Translations under genes and position numbers: made by a program | Notes under the pieces: model-generated | What the model was told of the DNA's origin: nothing | The model's database searches: none | The model's input: only the letters and a program-made list of their open reading frames with translations | Source: Minisyncoccota bacterium | GTDB lineage: Bacteria; Patescibacteriota; Minisyncoccia; UBA6257; XYB1-36-10 | DNA: 64,000 nucleotides | Direction: 5' to 3' | NCBI GenBank assembly: GCA_041651415.1 | Contig: JBAZJH010000001.1 | Coordinates: forward strand, 215,713-279,712 | In this document: piece by piece, positions 57,628-64,000 of the stretch | Layout of the letters: the number at the start of each line of letters is the position of its first letter | Numbering within the stretch: position 1 is the first letter of the stretch

Positions 57628-58467
57628 TTATTTTGTTATTTCTCTTAAGATACCAATATTTTTTTTATCGGGACCAAGATTATCAAAACCGGGCACTTCC
57701 AAAATCCAGGGAATGTTTCTGAAGTGAGACACTTGCGCAAGATTTTTGAAGCCGGATAAGCCGATTTTTCCTTCACCGATGTTCTCATGGCGGTCGTGAT
57801 GGGAGTCCGCGGCGGTTTTGGAATCATTGGCGTGAATCAAGGCAATTTTTTCCAGGCCGATTTTTTTGTCCCAAACGCTGAAAAAAGTTTTTATTTCGAC
57901 CGGAGAATATTCTTTAATCATCCCCGATTCAAAAGCGTGCGCGGTGTCAAAACAAACTTGAACTCGGGCAGATTTGACTTTTTTGATAATGGCAGAAATT
58001 TCTTCCAAACCGCCGACTTTACCGCCGCCGCCGGCATCATTTTCCAAAATCAATTTTGATTTTCCTTTGACGTTTTTCAGAACTTCCTTGATGCCGGAGA
58101 CAATAAAATCAATCCCTTTTTCTTTCGCCATTTTTTGGGAAGAGCCGACGTGGAAAACCAAACCGAAAGCGCCGAGCGCTTCCGTAATTTTAAGATGGGC
58201 GGATAAGCTGGCAACAGATTTTTTTCTTAAATCGGGAATAGGAGAAGCCAGATTAACAAGATAAGCGGAATGAAGAAAAACCGGACCGAGGCCGGATTCT
58301 TTTAAAGCTCTTTCATATTTTTCTATTTCAGCGGAAGAAGGAATTTTGGCCTGCCACTTTCGCGGTGAGGCGCCAAAAATTTGAAAGCAGTCCGCGCCGA
58401 TTTTTTGCGCGTTTTCCACTCCCCTATAAAACCCGCCAGCGACAGAAATATGGGCGCCGATTTTCAT
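57628..58467 (-). CDS. nfo: Endonuclease IV
   Basis: IGAHIS.AGG, H.AYLVNLAS, LEN, DTAHAF and HANDS...DRHENIG. Confidence 0.95.
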   Translation of the reverse strand: MKIGAHISVAGGFYRGVENAQKIGADCFQIFGASPRKWQAKIPSSAEIEKYERALKESGLGPVFLHSAYLVNLASPIPDLRKKSVASLSAHLKITEALGAFGLVFHVGSSQKMAKEKGIDFIVSGIKEVLKNVKGKSKLILENDAGGGGKVGGLEEISAIIKKVKSARVQVCFDTAHAFESGMIKEYSPVEIKTFFSVWDKKIGLEKIALIHANDSKTAADSHHDRHENIGEGKIGLSGFKNLAQVSHFRNIPWILEVPGFDNLGPDKKNIGILREITK

Positions 58468-58504
58468 AAGAAAATTATAACAGAGAGCGAAAGAAAAGAA
58501 ACAA

Positions 58505-58562
58505 AATCTATTCTTAAATTCTCAAGCCTGCCTGCCGGTAGGCAGGAATTTGAGAATAGATT
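58505..58562. repeat. Nested palindrome
   Basis: aatctattcttaaattc...[cctgcctgccggtaggcag]gaatttgagaatagatt; the same context recurs at about 20792-20860. Confidence 0.7.
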
Positions 58563-58577
58563 GAAATTGACAAATAA

Positions 58578-60335
58578 TTATTTTTTTAAAAGTTCTTTGA
58601 AGATTTCGGGTTTGATGTCCACGCGGCCGGCGGCTTTCAAGCGTTTCTTGCCGCGCTGCTGTTTTTTCCAAAGTTTCATTTTGCGGGTGCGGTCGCCGCC
58701 ATACAAATAGCCGGTAACATCTTTTTTCAAAGCGGGAATGGTTTCACGGGCGATAATCTGGCCGTGAGCTTTTCCTTGAATGGCTTGAGCAAACTGCTGG
58801 CGCGGAAGAAGGTCTTTCAGTTTTTCGGCCATTTTTCTCGCCTCGTAATCAACTTCGTCTTTTGCCACCACGCGAGTCAAACCGGAAACAACTTCGCCCG
58901 CAACCAAAATTTCCAATTTTTCCACCGCGCCTTTTTCGTAGCCGGCAAATTCATAACTGAAAGAAGCGTAGCCTTCCGAAACAGATTTTAATTTGTCGTC
59001 AAAATCGCGAATGAGGTCGGCAAGAGGCATTTTGGCTTTGAAAATAGCATGTTCTTCGTCAAAATTTTCCGTCGTGGTTTCTTTCATATGAAAAATTCTA
59101 TTGAGTTGCATCAGGCCGTTTAAAAAAATATTGGGAGAAATTATTTCGAGATTAACCAAAGGCTCATACACTTCGTCAAAATCATCGGGAAAATCTTTCG
59201 GATTAAAAATAGTTGTTTCCTTCCCGCCTTTCTTAATAATGTAAGCGACAGAAGGAAAGCTATTAACGAGCGAAAGCCCGAATTCTCTTTTTAACCTTTC
59301 AAAAACAATTTCAAAATGGAGGCGTCCCAAAAAACCGCATTTGAATCCGCGACCCAAAACTTCGCTCCGGTCAGCTTCAAAAGTGAGCGAGGAATCATTC
59401 ATTTTGAGACGGCTCAAGGCCTGCTTCAATTCATCGTAATCGCTTTCTTCGCTCGGATAAAAAGAAACAAAAACAACCGGAGTCGGTTCTTTATAGCCAG
59501 AAAGAGGGCGACCGGATTTATTTCCCAAAATAGTGTCGCCGATTTTAATTTTTTCCGGGTCTTTCAAACCAGTAGCGACAAAACCGATTTCGCCGGCGGA
59601 AATTTTTTCCGATTTTCTAATTTCCGGATGAAAGAAGCCGACTTCTTTGACTTTAAAAAACGTCTTGGCGGCGGAAAGAAAAACTTCGTCGCCGGATTTC
59701 AAGGAACCGTCAAAAACGCGAATGTGAGCAATATCGCCTTTATGGTCGTCATAAACGGAATCAAAAATAAGAGCGCTGAAAGTGGAATTTTTCTCCGACT
59801 GCGGAGGAGGAATTTTTTCAATAACGGCTTGAATGACATTTTCTACGCCAAGTCCGGTTTTAGCGGAAACACGGAGAATTTCTTCTTTAGGGCAACCAAT
59901 AAGTTTCGCGGTTTTTGCGGCAATTTCTTCAAGATGAGGCGGGTCCATATCAACTTTATTCAAAACGCCGATGATTTTTAAGCCGGCGCGGCGGGCAGAA
60001 TGAAAATTAGCCAAGGTTTGCGCTTGAATGCCTTGAGTTCCGTCAACCAAGAGAATCGCTCCTTCAACCGCGGCAAGGGCGCGGGAAACTTCATAAGAAA
60101 AATCGGAGTGACCGGGAGTGTCAATCAGATTCAAAATATAACCTTTATATTCCATGCGAATCGGAGCCATTTTGATGGTTATCCCCCGCTCCCGTTCAAG
60201 GTCAAGCTGGTCAAGATATTGAGCTTTCATTTTTCTTTTTTCCACTGCGCCAGTCAAATCAAGCAGGCGGTCAGCCAAAGTGGATTTGCCGTGGTCGATA
60301 TGGGCGATGATGCAAAAATTGCGGATGTTTTCCAT
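58578..60335 (-). CDS. lepA: Elongation factor 4
   Basis: IRNFCIIAHIDHGKSTLADR, GFLG.LH and LYGGD.TRK.KL. Confidence 0.97.
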   Translation of the reverse strand: MENIRNFCIIAHIDHGKSTLADRLLDLTGAVEKRKMKAQYLDQLDLERERGITIKMAPIRMEYKGYILNLIDTPGHSDFSYEVSRALAAVEGAILLVDGTQGIQAQTLANFHSARRAGLKIIGVLNKVDMDPPHLEEIAAKTAKLIGCPKEEILRVSAKTGLGVENVIQAVIEKIPPPQSEKNSTFSALIFDSVYDDHKGDIAHIRVFDGSLKSGDEVFLSAAKTFFKVKEVGFFHPEIRKSEKISAGEIGFVATGLKDPEKIKIGDTILGNKSGRPLSGYKEPTPVVFVSFYPSEESDYDELKQALSRLKMNDSSLTFEADRSEVLGRGFKCGFLGRLHFEIVFERLKREFGLSLVNSFPSVAYIIKKGGKETTIFNPKDFPDDFDEVYEPLVNLEIISPNIFLNGLMQLNRIFHMKETTTENFDEEHAIFKAKMPLADLIRDFDDKLKSVSEGYASFSYEFAGYEKGAVEKLEILVAGEVVSGLTRVVAKDEVDYEARKMAEKLKDLLPRQQFAQAIQGKAHGQIIARETIPALKKDVTGYLYGGDRTRKMKLWKKQQRGKKRLKAAGRVDIKPEIFKELLKK

Positions 60336-60458
60336 TATTTAGACCATAACAGAAAAATGCTATTTTGCCTATTGACAAAAATAAATAAGAGATTATAATT
60401 TCGCTTAGTATTTTGAAGTTCAGAAACGCGGAAAAATCCGCAAAAAAGGAGAAAGAGT

Positions 60459-60923
60459 ATGTTGAGTTTTGTGAAGTGGTTACAAGAGGAGTTGGAGAAA
60501 ATAACGGCGGAGGAAATGGAAGCGACTGGCGTAGAATTGGACGCCGGAAATGTGGGCGAAGAAGTAATCGCCGAAGAAATAAGTGTTCCTTGCAAAAAGC
60601 TTTTTACTTTTTATAAAAAGCTCTGCCAGAAACACAAAGAGACGGTTATCGGTGTGATGACCGCAGAGTTAAGAAAGGAAATGCTTGGGGAAAAGGCAGA
60701 GGATGACGAGTCCAGTAAAGAAATTAATTTGCTGGAAGAGTATAAGAAAATTACATACTCAATATTCTGGAGAAGTATTAAAATGGACTTCCCAGAGACC
60801 GAAAAGCAAGCGGTAATTGGAATTCGAAGGGGGTGGAAAATCGTCAGCGCCCTTCCAAAAAAAACGGGAGAAATTCCGGAATGCCTTCTTCATCAGATAC
60901 TTTGCAGTATTCAAGGTTCTTAA
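60459..60923 (+). CDS. Hypothetical protein
   Basis: TTGACA/TATAAT promoter at about 60372-60399, SD aaggag, terminator at about 60953-60979. Confidence 0.7.
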   Translation: MLSFVKWLQEELEKITAEEMEATGVELDAGNVGEEVIAEEISVPCKKLFTFYKKLCQKHKETVIGVMTAELRKEMLGEKAEDDESSKEINLLEEYKKITYSIFWRSIKMDFPETEKQAVIGIRRGWKIVSALPKKTGEIPECLLHQILCSIQGS

Positions 60924-61008
60924 ACCTCCTTTTTTTCCTTCCAAGTTCAAGCAAAGCCAGCGAATTCGCTGGCTTTTTTAATTTCATTTTTTAAATTTTT
61001 TGGAAAAA

Positions 61009-63129
61009 CTAAACGCTTTTTAGAGTGAGGACAAATTCAATTCTTTTTTCGGGAGCAGGATTCTCAAAAGTGAAAAGAAAATTATCCGCTTCGGCCCATT
61101 TGAAACCGGGCGGAGCTTCTATGTCAAATTTCACTCCCCCTTTTACTCCGGACTGCCTGTCAAAAACAAAAGAGAATTTTTGGCCTTCGGACACAATCAT
61201 TTTTTTCTCATTTTCATATTCAAAACGGAGAGTTTTGGTTTGGCCGGCCAAAGTAGTGAGCCAAGCGGAGAAAACCGATTTTCCCGCTTCTTCTCCTTTT
61301 TCCAAAAGAACGATATCTTCATCTTTTTGAAATTCTTCTTTTTCATAATCAAGCGGCGGATAAATTTTTTTATTTGTCGCGCCGGTTAAATTGAGAAGTT
61401 TGGAGCCCGAAGGAGCAAGAACGCGAATAAAGCTTTGATTTTTGGTCGTGTACCAATCGTATTTGGCGTCGCGTCCGTTATGCGAACGTTCGATGGAAAG
61501 AAAATTGGTTATTCTGCCTTCGGTGTTTATTTCGGTTTTGAGATAAATGTCTTGGTTTAAAAAAGCGTCGGTTTTGCCGCCGGCAATATTAGCGGCGACA
61601 ACTGCGAGATAATTTCCCTGAAAAGCCGGAGAAGTTTCAAAGACGCGGCCGGCGACTTTCTTTTTTTCAAAAAAGGCCTGAAGATTTTTATCGGAAGAAT
61701 AAAGCATCAAATCTTTTTGGCCGAAATGATAAATTATTTTTTCAATCAAAGCGTTTTTCTTTTCAAGAGGAAGTTCATTGATTTTAGAGAGAATAATGGG
61801 AGTAGCGTCTTTAATGACGGTTTTCGGCTGGCCTTTGTCTTTTGTTCTTTTCACTTCTATTTCATATTGGATTTCTTCCAAAAAATTATCTTTGGAAAGA
61901 GTGAGATCGTATTCGGGGAGTTCAACCGGCCCGACAGCTTCCAGAATACTTTCAAAGACGTCGGTGTTTACAGCAAGAACTCCGTCAAAAGTTATTCCTT
62001 TTTCGGAATAGATTTTAGAAGAATTCAAAAGAAAAGTTATTTTCTCGGCGGATTTTTTAAAATCAAAGAACCAGTTGGAATCACGGGCGGTCCATCTTGA
62101 AACAATCGTCTGGAGAGGCGCGGGAGGAACTATATTCAAATCAAGCTGGCCGTCCGGGTCGTAAATGTCGGAAACTTTTAACTCTTTAACAGCGCCGCGG
62201 CTTACGGACAGGTCGGCATAGCTCCCGATAAAACCGCCTGCGGGGCGAAGCTCGGAAGGATTCTGAAAAACAATAAGCCAGTGGCGTTCCAGCGGATAAT
62301 CAATAAAAGAAATAAGAGAGGAAAGAAAATCATTCAAACCGTCCAAATCGTTGCGGAAAGAAAGAAAAGAGCCGATAGATTCTGAATCCTGACTAACCAA
62401 GGAAAGGGCGGAAGAAAGATTATCGCCTTCCTTCATAATAAGGCGGGAATCGCTTTCAACTTCTTTCAATAAAGGAAGAAGCTTATCGCCTTCGCCATTC
62501 AAGAACCAGGAAAGCCCGTCGCTTTTCAAAACATCGAGATTCTCGCCGGTTTCCAAGGCTAAAGAAGCCGTGTTTTCAAGACCGGAAAGAGAATCGGAAG
62601 CCTTTTTAAAGCTGTCGAAGAAACCGCCGAGAAGGCCGGCGATTTGAGCCAAGCCCAGATTTTCCGCCTGAAATCTTAATTCTTTAATTTCCGACTTGGC
62701 GGAAAAAAGAGATTTATTGCCGGATTTAAAGTCAAAATTCTTGAAATAGCCGGCAGTTTCGATAAATTTTTCCGCGATGGATTTAGAAGAAGAAATAGCA
62801 TCTTCTTTAAAATTAAGAACAAGAAAAGAATAAAAAGCTAAAGAAGAAAGAATGGCGCCGATTATAAAAGGAAGGAAAAATCTTTTCCGGCGGGAATCAA
62901 TTTTTATTTTGGAATCCAGTTTTGAAACGGGGTTGTTAAAAGAAACCTGTTTTATTTCAAGAGGAGAAAAAGAAACGGTTTCAATTTCCACATTTTTAAC
63001 AGAGGATTCGGTTTTAACCGGAATAGTTTTGAAATTAGCGCCGGGGAAAAAGGGAAAATCTTCCGGAGGGCTTTCCAGGGGGCGAATGTCGCCCAGTTTT
63101 TTATAGATATTTTTTTTAGGAGCGCGCAC
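61009..63129 (-). CDS. DUF4012-domain membrane-anchored protein
   Basis: FQNPSELRPAGGFIGSY, RDSNWFFDF, DGV.A and N..GGK.D. Confidence 0.85.
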   Translation of the reverse strand: MRAPKKNIYKKLGDIRPLESPPEDFPFFPGANFKTIPVKTESSVKNVEIETVSFSPLEIKQVSFNNPVSKLDSKIKIDSRRKRFFLPFIIGAILSSLAFYSFLVLNFKEDAISSSKSIAEKFIETAGYFKNFDFKSGNKSLFSAKSEIKELRFQAENLGLAQIAGLLGGFFDSFKKASDSLSGLENTASLALETGENLDVLKSDGLSWFLNGEGDKLLPLLKEVESDSRLIMKEGDNLSSALSLVSQDSESIGSFLSFRNDLDGLNDFLSSLISFIDYPLERHWLIVFQNPSELRPAGGFIGSYADLSVSRGAVKELKVSDIYDPDGQLDLNIVPPAPLQTIVSRWTARDSNWFFDFKKSAEKITFLLNSSKIYSEKGITFDGVLAVNTDVFESILEAVGPVELPEYDLTLSKDNFLEEIQYEIEVKRTKDKGQPKTVIKDATPIILSKINELPLEKKNALIEKIIYHFGQKDLMLYSSDKNLQAFFEKKKVAGRVFETSPAFQGNYLAVVAANIAGGKTDAFLNQDIYLKTEINTEGRITNFLSIERSHNGRDAKYDWYTTKNQSFIRVLAPSGSKLLNLTGATNKKIYPPLDYEKEEFQKDEDIVLLEKGEEAGKSVFSAWLTTLAGQTKTLRFEYENEKKMIVSEGQKFSFVFDRQSGVKGGVKFDIEAPPGFKWAEADNFLFTFENPAPEKRIEFVLTLKSV

Positions 63130-63133
63130 GAAT

Positions 63134-64000
63134 TTAAATTTGAGAAGATAAAATTTTTAAAATTTTAGAAGCGGAAGAAGGCCAGCTGAATTTTTTGACA
63201 TTTTCCAATCCTCTTCTTGAAAGTTCCGCGCTTAAATCTTTTTCAAGCATAATTTTTTTCACAGCGGAAACAAGTTCGGAAAATTTCCAAGGGTCAATGA
63301 GAATGGCGGAATCACCAAGAATTTCCGGCAAAGAAGAGCGGTTTCCGGCAATAACCGGAATGCCGCAACTCTCCGCTTCAAGAGGCGGAAAACCAAAGCC
63401 TTCAAAAAAACTGGGGTAGAGGAAGGCCTTAGCTTCATTATACAAGAAAACCCGTTCGGACGGAACGATGTCGTTTTTTATTTTTATAAAATTGCGGAAA
63501 GGAGAAGAAAAAATTTCTTTTTTTGCTTCGCCAAAGAGCCATTCTTTAGAACCGGCAAGAACAAGCTCAAGAGAGGAAAAGTCTTTTTCTTTTTTTATTT
63601 CGTTGAAAGCGGAAATGACAGCCAATAAATTTTTGCGCGGCTCAAAGGAACCGAGAAAAAGAAGATAAGGGTTAAGAAGCCCGTGCTTTTTTTTAAATTT
63701 TCCCAAATTATCTTTATCTTTTTCTTCGGAGATAACGCGAAAATCGGGATTAACCCCCGGGCAAACAACGGATATTTTTTCCGGCGGAATTTTGAAAAAA
63801 TCGATTATATCGCTTTTGGTAAATTCGGCATCGGTGATAATATGAGAGGCTTTTTCCGCCTGAATGCGGCAATTCTGCAGGAAATGCCAAAAACGCTGGC
63901 TTTTTGTAAAAAAAGAAGGATAGTGAAGAAAAGAAAGGTCATGAATAGTGAGGACACGAGGAGTGTTTTTTAGAGAAAGCGATTGAAGATGCGGACTGAA
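63134..64000 (-). CDS. Glycosyltransferase family 4 (GT-B), 5' partial
   Basis: Frame is open to the window end: TIHDLSF, LG..EPRKN and YPSFFEGFGFPPLEA. Confidence 0.92.
   Translation of the reverse strand, partial: FSPHLQSLSLKNTPRVLTIHDLSFLHYPSFFTKSQRFWHFLQNCRIQAEKASHIITDAEFTKSDIIDFFKIPPEKISVVCPGVNPDFRVISEEKDKDNLGKFKKKHGLLNPYLLFLGSFEPRKNLLAVISAFNEIKKEKDFSSLELVLAGSKEWLFGEAKKEIFSSPFRNFIKIKNDIVPSERVFLYNEAKAFLYPSFFEGFGFPPLEAESCGIPVIAGNRSSLPEILGDSAILIDPWKFSELVSAVKKIMLEKDLSAELSRRGLENVKKFSWPSSASKILKILSSQI

Noticed and set aside
1-64000. Alternative genetic code (UGA=Gly, code 25)
   Set aside because: Conserved genes (ftsW, gltX, map, mutM) end correctly at TGA and have no in-frame TGA

Overview
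A 64-kb AT-rich bacterial chromosome segment read with genetic code 11 (TGA is used as a stop). It looks like Patescibacteria/CPR (Parcubacteria-like): rpmD/L30 is missing from an otherwise complete spc operon, DUF4012 is present, and intergenic palindromic repeats are dense. This assignment is an inference from gene content. Core content: ftsW-murG, gltX, rpmA, rplI, ctpA, def and fmt (split by an insertion), a MacAB-type ABC exporter, rluB, pyrF-pyrE, rplJL with an L10 leader, map-adk, the str-S10-spc cluster (rpsL to secY), rpmB, pgi/pmi, dsbA, mutM, nfo, lepA and three tRNAs (Gln-TTG, Val-CAC, Pro-GGG). Accessory content: a Hachiman (hamAB) defence island at tRNA-Gln, two small GIY-YIG nucleases and several families of nested palindromic repeats. 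The most unusual observations are: (1) a 431-aa membrane protein ending in a RAPP ribosome-arrest motif, whose last codons form a hairpin hiding the SD/AUG of a downstream beta-barrel porin-like gene, in a lineage thought to lack an outer membrane; (2) a tandem pair of self-contained, covarying structured RNA/micropeptide units at 55.4-56.15 kb; (3) duplicated tRNA halves interrupted by the same hairpin element, one of them flanking a GIY-YIG gene; (4) apparently leaderless transcription of many core genes versus SD-led accessory genes. All calls are by eye from the sequence; no searches were run.
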